Positions 51,801 to 64,000 of a DNA stretch of 64,000 nucleotides are shown here, one piece after another. Numbering within the stretch: the first letter of the stretch is position 1; each line of letters begins with the position of its first letter. A model generated the notes under the pieces. That model searched no databases. It had not been told where the DNA came from and saw only the letters and a list, made by a program, of their open reading frames with translations. Source of the stretch: Fonticula alba ATCC 38817. Lineage: Eukaryota > Protista > Nucleariida. The DNA lies in the NCBI GenBank assembly GCA_000388065.2, contig KB932202.1. The stretch is one strand, 5' to 3'. Both the position numbers and the translations under genes were made by a program.

Positions 51801-54300
51801 TTGGCCGTGGCGAGGTGGCGCTCAGGCTGTCAAGCGGCGAGGTGGCCCTCGCACTGCCGATGCCCGTGTCGTCCTCCTCCAGATCCGAGTCGAAGCTGTC
51901 CGGCTGGGCCAGCAGCAGACTGGTGTCCGGCCGGAGGGCAGTACTGAAGCGCGCTGGGAGCAGTTGGGAGAAGTCCTGCAGCAAAGCCGAGCCGAAGGTG
52001 CGCCCGGCCAGGCCCCCCGGGGGGGATGGGGCCGCCGGCTGGAAGAGAGCCGAGATGGACTTCGGCACGGACACCGCCGCATGGCGGAACTGCGTGTACA
52101 GGCTGTCCCGAGGGTCGATTTTCTCGGCCAGGCCCAGGCGACAGTAGACGGATACGGCATTCTTCGGCCAGGGGCGGGGGAGAGGGCGACCGGGTGCACG
52201 GTCAAGGGAAAGCCGCCCGTCAGCGGAGGAGGGGAGGCGGAAAGCCGCAAGGGGGAGCATGGCGAGGGGAAAGGGCGCACTCGGATCAATTCAGCTCGGA
52301 TCTGCAGAACGTCACTCAGGTCAAAGACCGACGTGGCATCGTCGATGGAGATGAAAATCTGGTACAGGAGGTTCTCGATGGCATCGCTCTGGACCCGGCG
52401 GTTCATGATGAAGTTCCGCAGGAGAAGCACTGGACCCGGGCGAAGGGGAGTGGGCATGAGAATGGTGCAGGATGGTGGCGCCGGCAACACACCGGCATCG
52501 GAGGATGCGCCCGATGGTCGGTGGGGCAATGGCAAGTGGAGCGGGTGGGAGAGGGGAGGAGGGGGGGAGGGGGGGGGGGATATCCCTTTCCAGGGCACAT
52601 ACCGGAGATCTTGTCATTGTCCGTGATCGGCACATCCAGATAGACAAGGCCGCGCTCGAGCAGGAAGCGAAGTTGCTCCCCCGGCAGGCAGGCCGCATGC
52701 AGGGGGAAAATGATGCCGGAGTTGCCGAACCCCACGAGCTCGGCCACATCGTAGGTGAAGGGGTCCGTCACGCCGGTACGGTAGAGGAGATTGCTTTCGG
52801 CGGCCAGAGGGCTTTGCGGGCCCTTCTCCCCGAGGAAGTACCGGTACTGTAGGTGCATCTGCACCTCGTGGAGGAGCAGCTCCCGGAGGAGGTCCTGTGC
52901 TTGGGGAAAGGCGCTCTGCGATGGCCGCCAGGCGGCTCGGTCAGTTGCGAATTGGCCGCATAGGCCGGAGAAGGGCCCATGGAGGAGCTGATCCAAGGGC
53001 AATGGAGCGGCGGGAGGGGAAGCAGACAGCCGGATGGCGAGGGGGGCTGATGGAAGCACATACCGCCTGGTTGAGAAACGCTCGAACCCGATAGTCGCGG
53101 CGCTGGTCCGGGGTCGAGAGGTCCAGCACACCCACCGGGAAGCAGGGGCGCGCGCGCCACCAGGGCTGGATGGAAAACCCGGCGGACAGGGTGGTCGGCA
53201 TGAGCCTCAGGTAGAGCTGCTCGCGCTGGTGTGTGTCCGACTTCGAGGACAGGGAGAACCCCTTCAGCCGATCGAGAAGGGCCCCGGTGGTTTGGGGGAT
53301 CCCCCGTAGCCAGTGGCCCAGGCGCGAGGGCAGCGACTCCGAATCCGAGCCGGCGTCCATCTGCACCCAAGAGTCGGCATCATGGGCGGAGGCGCCTTGC
53401 TCGCCTGGGCTCGCGGGCTGGTGCGGCCCCGTGGCAGGGTCATCTGCCTCGTCCGGGGAGGCGAGCTCGCCAAGGGTCCCGGTCTCCAGGATGTTTCGTC
53501 CGCGGTTGGCGATGTCGATGAACTCATTGCGCCCGATGCCGAGGAAGTGGTAGCCTGGCGCCAGATGCCGGGCAAGCGGGCCACCCGGGCGTCAGTGAGC
53601 AAGCCATGCGGGCGCAGCGTGTGTGCATGCAGGAGATCGCAATACGAGGACGCACAGTCGGTCGCCGTGAAGTTGGGCAGCGAGTCATAGCCGCGGCCCT
53701 CAACCAGCAGGTCGATCAGCATGTGCGTGTAGTATGCGAAGGGGGCGCTGCGCTCGACGAAGGTGGCCAGCTCATGCGACAGATGATGGGGATAGAGCTG
53801 GGGGATGGAGACGCGTCAGGGGGAGCGAACGGGGAATCGGGAACGCGGGGAGAGCGCGCTGGGGGGGGGGGGGGGGAAGGCACGCCAGCGAGGCCGGAGA
53901 GACGCCGAGCCGCAGAGGGCACGGCCCACGAGCGCGCATTTGCGTGTACCATCAGGTTCTTACGCGAGCGGAACAGCAGCTCGGCATAGTATTCGGCCGG
54001 CGAGCCGGCGCGGAAGTGGTTCTGCGCGCTCGGCTTCCAGGGGACCTGGTTTGCCAGGCAAAAGGCAATTGTGTCCCGCAGGAAGCGCTCTTTCTGCGCT
54101 GGGGTCAGCTTCGTCGGCAGGGTCCACTCGCGCCGGTACGAGTCGATGCTGCTGATGATGGGCGACGAGGTGGCCGAGGTGGAGGCGGTCGCGCCGGCAG
54201 TCGCGCTGTCCCCGGAAACGGCGGGGTCCTGCACCGGCTCGGCGGTCGGCGCGAGCCCCCCGGAGGGCGCGCCGCTGCTCGATGGGGCGTGGCTGGTCAT
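48885..54300 (-). CDS. FAM91A1: FAM91A1 (WDR11 complex subunit; endosome-to-TGN vesicle tethering)
   Basis: Family motifs appear in order across the exons: PFAYY, YDSLPNFTATDC, LGIGRNEFID, LLERGLVYLDVPI, ENLLYQIFISID, AVSVYCRLGLAEK, IDASVTAILMMG, LKSHAVTLYERGK, RIESLASLDP...RVLARNYDVLVS, GTRLRRLP, ILNDLL, WLPLMLQHGIPL. Confidence 0.92.
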
Positions 54301-55126
54301 GCTGGCAGGAGAGGGACAAGCTGAAGGACAAGGCCCTGGGCCGATCGCGCGTGCGGATTTCCTCGCGGCGTGTGGTCCTGCCAGATGCACGCCGTCGGTG
54401 GAGNNNNNNNNNNNNNNNNNNNNNNNNNNNNNNNNNNNNNNNNNNNNNNNNNNNNNNNNNNNNNNNNNNNNNNNNNNNNNNNNNNNNNNNNNNNNNNNNN
54501 NNNNNNNNNNNNNNNNNNNNNNNNNNNNNNNNNNNNNNNNNNNNNNNNNNNNNNNNNNNNNNNNNNNNNNNNNNNNNNNNNNNNNNGAGGAGGGGCGGGG
54601 GGAGTCTGCTGTGAAGCCTCGGCCGCCGAGGGCGGCCAGGTTGCCGATGGGGTTTCCGGCACGCCGCCGCTCGCATCGCGGTGCCGACGCGCCTGCTCGA
54701 GGCCGGGGCGCTGATCACCGCCCCCCGAGGCAGATCGGCCGGGCGCCGCCGGGCCCTGGGCGGGGAAGGTGTTGGCGGGGCCGGCCGGACCGGGGGACCC
54801 CCCGGCATGCACACGCCCCCACCCGAGGCGCTGGCTGGGGCGGCGGTCCCATTGTTTTTTTCTGTTGCTCGAATCCCTCCACGCCCGTCCGCCGCAGGCC
54901 CCCGGCTCTCGAGGGGTCAACAGCCCCCGCCGGTCGGGACGCGCTCGTGGGGAGGGCGGGCAAAATTCGGCTTCGCTCTGGCCGATCACGCCGGTTTTTT
55001 GGCCCGGGCGCACATGACCCGGACAAGTGAAAATTGCATGGCGTGTCAAACAGTCCCTCCCGCCTCGCCCCCCTCCCCCGGTCTCTTGTTGGGCTTGGCT
55101 CCGCTGTGCCTTCAATTGAAAGTGTA

Positions 55127-55166
<40 letters not shown>

Positions 55167-55704
55167 TCCCCTTTCCCGGGGGGACCGGGCCCCCTCGGGA
55201 CCCGGATGCCGGGCGCCATCCCCTCTCAGGAGTGGGTTTCTCCCGGCGATGGCCGGTGTAGACCCCCATGCTTCGATTTGCCGTCCCTCCTGTCTGCCTG
55301 CCCCCCGCGCACTAGTCAGAATCCTCCGCTCGCCCATTCTGGTATGTGTGTGTGTGTGTGTGTATGTGTGTGTGTGTGGAGCGGGGGCGGGGGAATGTGC
55401 GGGTTGGAACATGCACAGGCCCGCCGCAGGATGAGCAATCTTGTCGGCCAAAGTTAATGTCGGATCCTGCGCCTGCTCTCTTGAGCAGGTACTCTCAGTG
55501 AGAGATCCTCGGCCTGCCGGCAGATCCATCACCCAGCACCCTCGTCCTCCTTTTCCCTCCTGGCCTTCGCCCATCCTCCTTCCTCGCCGCAACACGCCAC
55601 ATTCCAGGGCCCCCCTTTCCCTCCCTCCCTCTCTTCCTCTCTCTCTCTCCCCCCCTCTCCCCCTTCCCAAGCCCGCTCGTGAAGCCCGGCCGGCGCGCTT
55701 GAGC

Positions 55705-58700
55705 ATGACCGAGCCCGCCGTCCCCCGCACGGCTGACTTCGGTTCCTCGACCGAGCCCGACTCACTGATGGGTAGCCCGGAGCTGGCAGACGACCAACCG
55801 GTCGGGGGCCCGCCCGCGGTGCGTCCTGCTTGCCTCCCCCCCCCCCCCCCCCCGCACGTGCCACTGACTCTGACCCATCTGACGCACACACAGACCCCCG
55901 GGCAGGATGCGACGCCGGCCAAGCTGCGCGAGCTGACCCTCGCCTACAACAAGCTGCGGGTATGCCCACGAGCACTACTTTTCCGGCCCCCCCCCCCCCC
56001 CCCCCCCCCCCGCCTCTGTCCCTCTCCCTGGCTGCTTCCTTCCCGGCCTAGCTGTTGCTCCGCCCTCTGACTGCTGCCTGCTCGCCGGCCCGCCCGATGC
56101 GCGCCTCCATCATCGCTGAACGTCGACAGCGTAAGGCCCAATCCAAGATCGACCAACAGAAGGAAACCATTGATGAGCTCCAGCGCCAGGTGGACCAGGT
56201 GTGTTGGCTTCGCCGGCTTTCTTTGCTGACCCAGGGACGGGTACTGACTCGGCGCAGTTCTCCTCGGGGTCCCCGGGTGCCGGTGTTGTGGCCGACCTGA
56301 CCGAGCGCCTGGCTCGGCTGGAGTCCGAGCGTGAGAAGCTCACCCAGAAGAATGACAGTTTGCAGAAGATGATCGGTGCGGCCGTCTGTGTGCTTTTTTC
56401 CCCTCCCACTTGGCCCTTCAGGCGCATGGCGCGGCCCCTTGCGCGGCTCCTTGCCAGCCGGAGCGCTGACCCTCGCGTTTCTCCTCCGGTTCCTCCGCCC
56501 CCCCCCCTCCCCCCCCGGGCCCGGCAGATTCATCAAGTGACCTTTTTGCGGCCAAGCTGGCCGAGACCGAGTCCATGCTCAATATGTCGACCAGCAAGAA
56601 TGCCATCCTGGAGGTTCGTCCGTGCCTCCGCCATGCCTGCTTGCTCCCTCCCTCTGCCAGTCCCCCTCACGCCCAGATCACATCCATCTGTCCTGTTGCG
56701 CCTCGCTCCTCGCCGGTCAGAATGACCTCCGGTCCTTACGCGAGCAGCTTGAGGGCCGGCCGGGAGGCCCCGCCGCCGACACAGCCACCGGTGCCCCACT
56801 TGACGCGCAGGCCTTGCTTGCCTTGGTGCCGGAGCTGAGCGCGCATTTGCCTGTGGCTGCTTCCACCGACGCGGCCACGCGCCCGGCCAATCCCTTCCCC
56901 TCGGCCTCCGGCTGGGATGACGATGCGGACTTCCTCGACGAGAGTGCCTTCCTGTCGGATGGCGACACGACTGCCATGCCCCTCACTGCTGACACTGGTG
57001 GGTCTTCCCTTTGCCCTGTCTCTCCGCCCCCGGCTTCAGGCTCGTCCCGATGCCCCCCCCTCCTCCCCCTCCCCCTCCCTGTCGCATTTGCCGTCACTAA
57101 CACCCTGGGCCGTGTGTCTTTCTTGTGGGCGGCGCGCACCACTCGTCTGACGTCGCACCAGTTGCCTCGGCCATTCGGAAGCTGCTCGCTGAGCCGGGCC
57201 CTGCATCTGCTCCCGGCGCGGAGGTATGCTCCGTCCTCTTTGCCCCCCCCCCCCCCCCCCTCGCACCAGTTGCCTCGGCCATTCGGAAGCTGCTCGCTGA
57301 GCCGGGCCCTGCATCTGCTCCCGGCGCGGAGGTATGCTCCGTCCTCTTTCCCGTTTGCAGTCTCCAGTCCTCGTGCTTTTCCCATCTCCCTGGATCCCTC
57401 TCTCCAGGCCACCTGCCCAACATGCTTCCAAATGTGCCCCCTGTCTTACGCCTGCTCGCCCTTCCATCAACGCTCACACACACACACACACACGATATCA
57501 TCCCGCATTTCCCAGGTTGGTGATCTGCAGGCTGAGGTGAGCCGGCTGCGGCAGCAGCTGGCCGCCCTGGCGGACCCCCTCGGCCTGGCCCCCGAGGATC
57601 CGGGCCTGGCGGACGCCGCGGCCCGGCGTCTGCGCGACCATGGGCGTCTTTCCGACCTGGTGGGCCAGCTGGAGGAGCGCGTCCATGAGCTGGAGGAAGA
57701 GGCCGCCAGCGGCCAGCCGCAGTCCCATGCATCGCCCCTGCTGGCACTGGTGGAGCAGGCCTCCTCCTCCGGCCAGGAGGTGGATGCCCTGCGTGCGCAG
57801 GTTGCTGCTCTGGAGCGCGAGTTGGCTGCCGCGCGTGATGCCACGCAGGCCGAACTCGACGCCGCAACTCGCGGCTTGGCCGATGCGCGGGCCAGCTCGG
57901 AGGCCACGCAGGCCGAGCTGGCCGCCGTCCAGGCCGAGCTGGCCACCGCACAGGCCGAGCTGGCGTCGGTGCGTTCTTCCGCCGAGGCCGGCCAGTCGGA
58001 CTTGGCTCAGCAGCTCAGCGAGGCTCGGTCGGCCGCGGAGAGTGCCCAGCTCGAACTGGCCGCCGCTCGCGCGTCCACCGAGGCCGGCCACACGGCGTTG
58101 GCCCAGACGCTGGCCACCACGCAGGCCGAGCTGGCCAGCGCCCGCGCCGATGTCGACGCCTCGCGTGCCGAGCTGGCCGCCGCCAAGTCCTCGATCGAGG
58201 AAAGCCAGGCGGACCTGGTCCGGCAGCTGGATGCCGCCCGGTCGGAGCTGGCGCAAGTTCGCCAATCGGCCGAGGCCGGCCACTCGGATCTGGCTCAGCG
58301 GCTGGCCGGCATGCAGGACGAATTGTCCACCGCGCAAGTCGAGCTGGCCGGTGCCCAGGCCGAGTTGGCGGACGCTCGCGCCGTCGCCGCCACGACGCAC
58401 ACCGAGCTGGCTGCCGCCCACTCCTCGGCCGATGTCGCTCGGGCGGAGCTTGCCCAGGCGTTGGCCGCCGCCCAGGCGGAGCTGGCCAGTGCGCAGGCCG
58501 AGCTGGCCGAGGCGCGCGCCTCGGCCGAGTCCGGCCAGGCGGCGCTGGCTCAGCAGCTGGCCACCGCGCAGGCCGAGCTGGCCGCCGCACGCACTGCCAC
58601 CGAGTCCGGCCAGTCGGAGCTGGCTCAGCAGCTGGCCACCGCGCAGGATGAGCTGGCCACCGTGCAGATTGAGCTGGCCAGCTCGCAGGCCGAGTTGGCC

Positions 58701-61240
58701 GATGCTCGTTCCGCCGCCGAGACGGCACAGAGTGAGCTGGCCGGTGCCCGTGCTTCCATCGAGTCCGGCCATTCGGAGATGGGCCAAAGCCTGGCCTCTC
58801 TGCAGGATGAGCTGGCCGCCGCGCAAATTGAGCTGGCCAGCGCGCAGGCCGAGCTGGCTGATGCTCGGGCCGCCTCCGCCGCGGCTCAGGCCGCCGCGGC
58901 TCAGGAGTTGGCTGCTGCCCGGTCGGAGCTGGCCGCGGCCCATGCTGCCGGCGAATCCGGCCAGTCTGAGCTGGCCCAAAGTCTGGCCGCCATGCAGGAC
59001 AGCCTGAGCAACACGCAGATTGAGCTGGCCGGTGCGCAGGCCGAGCTGGCGGATGCTCGCGCGGCGATGCAGGTCGCTCGGGACGAGCTGGCCGAGGCCC
59101 GTGCCTCGCAGGACTCCACCCGGGGCGCCCTCGATGGTCTGGCCTCCCGGGAGGCGGAGCTGGCCAGCGTGCGCGCCGAGCTGGCGGCCGCCCGTGCCGA
59201 GGCGGAGATCGCCCAGGCGGAGCTGGCCGCCGCACGCACCGCCACCGAGTCCGGCCAGTCGGAGCTGGCTCAGCAGCTGGCCACCGCGCAGGGTGAGCTG
59301 GCCGGCGTCCGGGCCGAGCTGGCCGATGCCCGCGCCTCTGCCGATGCGGCTCAGGCGGCCATTTCCCAGCAGCTGGATGCTGCTCGGTCGGAGCTGGCCG
59401 CCCTGCAGTCATCCGCGAAGCTTGAGCAGACGCAGCTAGCCGAGCAGCTGGCGGCCGCCCAGTCGGAGCTGCTTGCCGCCCGCGCGGCCGGCGAGTCCGA
59501 CCAATCGGAGCTCGGCCGGCAGCTGGCGGATGCCCGATCCGAATTGGAGCAAGCCCGCGCCTCGATCGCGGCAGCACAGGCCGAGCACGAGGCGCTGCTT
59601 CGGCAGCTGGACACGCAGCAGGCCTCGGTCCAGGAGTCCCAGACCCAGCTGGCCGCGTTGCAGGCCGAGCTGGCCGGCCGTGCTGACGCGCATGCAGCCC
59701 TCGAGGCCGAGGTGGTGCACCTTCGCCAGACGGTCCCGGCTCTGGAGGCGGCGGCCGCCGGCCATGCGGCCCAGCTGGCCGCCCTGGCGCAGGAGCGGGA
59801 TGACGCTGTGGCCGCACACGCCGCCCAACTGGCGGCCCTGGTGCAGGAGCGGGATGGTGCCGCCGCCGAGCGGGATCTCCTCCTGACCCAGCTGTCCTCC
59901 TCGGCACTGCACGAGTCGGATGTGGTGCAGGAGCTCCGCGCATCGGTTGATGCCCTCACCGTGCAGGCCCAACAGGCTGCCGGTCAGCTTGCCGAGACCC
60001 AGGTAACGCCCGCATGCGCCCCTCTTCCCGGTGGGGCTTCTGCTGCCTTCCTTCCTGTGGGGGTTTTCCCTTCTCGCTCGCTAACCCGCCCACCCATGCT
60101 GTCCGAGGACAGGCGGCCCTCGCGAGCGCCACCACCCAGGCGGCTGATCTGTCGGCACGCTTGAGCGCCGCCGAGCAGGAGCGCGACCAGCACCTGACCC
60201 AGCTCCGCGAGCTGACGTCGACCCAGCAGGCGGCCTCCTCTGAGCGCGAGACCCAGCTGGCGGCGGGCCTGGCCGCGGCCGAAGCCCGGGTCAATGAGGC
60301 CGAACAGGCTCTGGCCGAGCTGCGCCTGGCCCACCAGAGGTATGTTCCAATGTGCATGGATCTCCCGTGCGCGTGCGTGCGCTCCCTGTCTCGATGCAGA
60401 TGCATGGTCAGACATGCACACACGCACGCGCACGCACGCGCACGCACGCGCACGCATGCACGCACGCGCGCACACACACGCGCACACGCACACACACCAG
60501 ATCAGGGCCTCGCCTGGTGGGATTCAGTGACTGACCTTGCCATATGGCTTCCCCTCAGCGAGGTGTCTTCCATTCGTGGGGATTCGGCCGCCCAGCTGAG
60601 CGAGGTTCTCCAAACGCAGGACCAATTCCAGGCGCAGATGGTCAGCCGTGTGGCCGAGCTGCAGCAAGCTCTCGAGAGCGCCGAGACCCGGCTCTCCCAG
60701 CAGCAGGCCCTCTTGCATGAGGCCGAGCGTGCACGCGATCAGCTGCGCTCCAACCTGTCGGACCAGGCGGCCGCCGAGGCGCGCCTCCAGGCGGACATCA
60801 CCCGCGAGCGGGACCGCGCGCTGTCCCTGCAAACGGAGCTCGCCTCGGCCCGGGATCATGCTTCGGGCTTGGAGGCGCAGCTGAACGCCACCAATGGCCA
60901 GTTGCAGACGCTGGCGGCGCAAGTCCCGGCGGTCTCCGGCTCGGCGGTGGCCTCCGCCGGGGCGGACGCCTCTGCGGCCGGGGCGGCCACGGCCGCCAGT
61001 GCCGACGAGGTGGCTCGGCTGACGCAGGCCCTGGGCGACCTGCGCGCGGGGCACCAGCAGGAGCTGGCGGGCATCCGGACACAGGTGCTGGCCGAGAGCC
61101 AGCGAACTGCGCAGGCCGAGCTCCAGCGTGCCCGGGCCGAGTGGCTCGCCAAGTTGGAGGTCCTGCAGCAGGAGAATGAGCAGCTCCGTGTCAAAAATCG
61201 CGAAGCCCAGCAAAAGATCCTGGACCTCGGCCACCACCAT

Positions 61241-61286
<46 letters not shown>

Positions 61287-61892
61287 CTGCCGGAAAGGGC
61301 GGGCTGGACTTCCTGGCCGGCGGCCCCGGGCCCGGGGCCGCCTTCAACGGGGGTGGCATCTATGGCTTGTCAGATCCGCATGCGTTGGCCGGGGGCCAGT
61401 CGCAAGTGCAGCAGCTTGGCCTGCCGGCGCCGGGCCCGGCCGTCGGGGCTGGTCCCTACGGCGGGCGGGAGGCCATTCCCATGGACACCGTGCCGGGCGA
61501 CCTGCCGCCAAGTGTGGTCTCCGCGGCCGCCTCCTCCTCGGCCTTCGAGAAATCCACCGCCGGCGAGCTGGCCCCGGTCACCTTCTTCTCGTCGCTGGAA
61601 ACCGACCGGCTTCTGGGCGGCAGCCGCTTTGGCTCTGGGCTCGGGCCCGACTCTGGCGACCTGCCGGAGTACCGGACCACCGGGTCGACCGGGGCCTCGG
61701 GGGCTTCTCGTGCGAGTGACTCCCTCCCTCGGCGGGCTCTTTCCCGCGCCCGTGTCGAGGTTCTGCACGTGGCCCGTGCGCTTATCCTTCTGCTTGACCG
61801 GTGGAGGTGCGTGCCCATCTTCTCTCCCCTTCACTCGGATCCGTCCCCCCTTGCACACAAGCATCTGACTTTCTCCCCGGTCGCTCATTTCT

Positions 61893-61974
<82 letters not shown>

Positions 61975-61984
61975 NNNNNNNNNN

Positions 61985-62062
<78 letters not shown>

Positions 62063-62181
62063 GCAGTGCCAAGACGGCCCTGCACATCAAGCGCAATGGC
62101 AATGCCCGCCTGGTGGCCTTCGTCTATGTGGTCTTCATCCACATCCTTTGGATCATGTCCGCCCTGCTCGGCATGTTCTAG
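55705..62181 (+). CDS. Very long coiled-coil, tail-anchored golgin (golgin-84/CASP/giantin-type TMD), roughly 1,600 aa
   Basis: About 11 exons, mostly Ala/Gln/Glu/Leu heptads. The last exon (62067-62181) reads AKTALHIKRNGNARLVAFVYVVFIHILWIMSALLGMF*, a C-terminal TMD with the Y-x4-H pair characteristic of golgin-84/CASP/giantin. Confidence 0.75.
57890..59570 (+). repeat. Degenerate coding tandem repeat within the golgin (xQxELAx heptads plus ARAxxESGQSELAQQLAT units)
   Basis: Recurrent caggccgagctggcc and gagtccggccagtcggagctggctcagcagctg units. 58569-58647 and 59214-59292 differ at 2 of 79 nt, both synonymous. Confidence 0.9.
61901..62059 (+). repeat. (CA)n intronic microsatellite spanning a 10-N gap
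   Basis: A pure CA run in the last golgin intron. Confidence 0.95.
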
Positions 62182-63063
62182 GTGTAAGAGCCGGCGGCGC
62201 CCAAGAATACCGGGCAGGTGCGACCGCCCCTCCCCTTCCTGGGCGGCCCCCCCAGACATTGGGTCGCCCTGCTCGGCGCGCCTCAGCCCCATCCATTTTG
62301 AAGGGCAATCCAATACACATCCGCATCCTCATACACACACACACACACACACAAGCACAAGCACACGCACACACGTTTTCGCCCCCGCCGAATGGTCAAT
62401 TTAGCACTCGGCTGGCCGCAGATTGTGGTGTAAGTGCCACCGCAAACGGATGCCGGTCCGGTGATCGCCCCCCCCCCCCCCCCCCCCCCGGAGCACCGGT
62501 CACGCCGTCAAACCGATTTTCGGGCATGGAACCACCCCTTCCTCGGGCCGCTGGGCCTTGGGGGATATGTGCCAGGGGGGACGGGCGGGGGGATGCCCGC
62601 CCCCCAGGGGCCGCCCCGTCATGCTGCAAGGCCCCACACATGGGAATGATCTGCCCAGGGCTGGGTTCTCGCGAGAGACCCACGCACATCAGCCAGCCCC
62701 AGGGCACGGCCCTCAGAGTCCCCCGCCCTGCCCCGGCAGGGGCTGGTCCCGTTCCTCCTCCCCGCCCCCACCCCCCGGTCGAAGGTGCCCACCTTTTGGG
62801 CTTTAATTGGGTGGTGCTCCGGATCCCCTGCCCCCCTCGCCCCGGGCTTCCAGCCCTGAGAAAGGACTGAAGACCCCCTGTGCTCGAGAGCCGGCTGCCC
62901 TGCACCTTGCTCCACCCAGCCCCATCCCATCGACCCTGCCTCGCTCCCTCTCTCCCTCCATTCCGCCTCCCTGCGACCTGTGCCAGCTCGACCCCTCGCC
63001 TCTTTTGACCCCCGGCACCGGCTCCTCTCTCGGGCTCTGTGCACCTTTCGGCCCCTCCGCACG

Positions 63064-64000
63064 ATGTTTCACCCCAGCTACGCCCCGCCGGTTCCGCTGG
63101 ACTTGGAATCGGGCGCCGAGCGCAAGTCGGCTCCGGCCGGCACCGTCCTGCCGTCCCTCGCTGGGCGCCTGCCGCCGGAGTTCTTCGAGCGCCAGCACTT
63201 CACCGACGAGCAGAAGCTCCTGTGGGACGAGCTTGTCGACATTGTCGAGCAGATGTTCACCCTGCCCAAGATCCCCCCTCGGCTGACTGGGCGTCTGCAC
63301 CAAATCGTCTTCCGCATCACCGGCATCTTTGACCTGGATCGCTTGCAAACCAACGTCCGCGAGCGCCAGGCCTCCCTGCGGTTCATGGTTCTCTGCCTGG
63401 TGGAGACGCACCTGAAGAAGATCCTGGCCCAGCTGGAGGCGGCCCCGGATGCGGATCTCCTGCAGGAGCTGACGCGCTCCTGGACCCAACTTCTGTCGAT
63501 CCTTTCCTCGCTGGGCTTCGCCATGGCGCCGGTGCACGATGTCATCTCCCCGAGCCGGCTGTACCGGATCAACTTCATCTTCAACGTGCGTGAGCATCGC
63601 GCTCCCCTCTCTCCCCTCCCCCCCTGCGCCGCTGTATTTCGTCTCCCCTTTTCAGCATGACCCGTCGGCCTGACGCGCGCGTCCCCTGGCATGGCCGTCC
63701 CCATGCACGTACCCGCCCATGGCAGGATACAATCACCACGCTGAAACTCCTTCTTCCGCCGGCGCTCTTGGACCGGATCTCCAACCGCATTCTGCTGGAG
63801 CTGATTGATGTTCGCCATAAGAATGAGCCCTTTGACTTTAATCACTTCTCCCTGATGGTGGATTTCCTGCGTACGCTGCTGCCCGGCAACCGGCCCCTAT
63901 TCATCTCTCCCCCCTGTGGGCTTCCTCTCACATTGATGGCCGTCTCCCTGCTCGGGTCTTGACATTGCCCCGGCACCGCCGCCCTGGCCCTTTCTCCTTC
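63064..64000 (+). CDS. Cullin-family protein, N-terminal cullin repeats (truncated at the window end)
   Basis: LWDELVDIVEQMF...LVETHLKKILAQL...DLLQELTRSWTQL...ILLELIDVRHKNEPFDFNHFSLMVDFL follows the cullin repeat-1/2 helical pattern (W..L...I..I; LL..Y...W; LL.LI..ER.GE.ID). Donors GTGCGT (about 63586) and GTACGC (about 63870). Confidence 0.68.

Noticed and set aside
57890-59570. Regularly spaced repeats resembling a CRISPR array
   Set aside because: The units are degenerate, in-frame coding repeats without unique spacers, there are no cas genes, and the context is eukaryotic.
57467-59972. Long antisense and alternate-frame ORFs over the golgin, NT-C2, AP5B1 and homeobox genes
   Set aside because: These are shadow ORFs from GC-rich, GC3-biased and repetitive coding sequence; their translations have no plausible domains.

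Overview
This is eukaryotic DNA: GC-rich, gene-dense and intron-rich, with about 12 N-gaps, many poly-C/G tracts and microsatellite-filled introns. The supplied ORF track fragments every gene, so I rebuilt the models by hand from GT(G/A)(C/T)GT donors, CTGAC/CTAAC branch sites and AG acceptors. The gene set looks like an early-branching, fungus-related opisthokont, and Fonticula alba is my best guess (inference only). Genes in order: class C-like 7TM receptor (+), tRNA-Ala(AGC) (-), about 7 kb with no recognisable gene, TALE homeobox factor (+), NCS-1/frequenin (+), phosducin-like TXNDC9 (-), Sir2 (+), PBDC1 (-), an orphan disordered ORF (-), PC4/Sub1 (-), AP-5 beta (+), an NT-C2 coiled-coil protein (+), an SLC35F-type transporter (+), mitoribosomal mS23 (+), FAM91A1 (-), a very long tail-anchored golgin (+) and a cullin N-terminus (+, truncated by the window end). 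I found no CRISPR array, transposase or prokaryotic system, and I cannot demonstrate a wholly new system. The best leads are: microsatellite-filled, AG-free spacers between distant branch points and acceptors; a class C-like GPCR with no ectodomain and an approximately 330-aa third intracellular loop; a repeat-expanded golgin; a run of endosome/Golgi trafficking genes; and a TALE factor with a candidate PP1-docking motif and a large upstream non-coding region. Assembly artefacts are present, including an embedded Illumina adapter. All family calls come from remembered motifs, not database searches.
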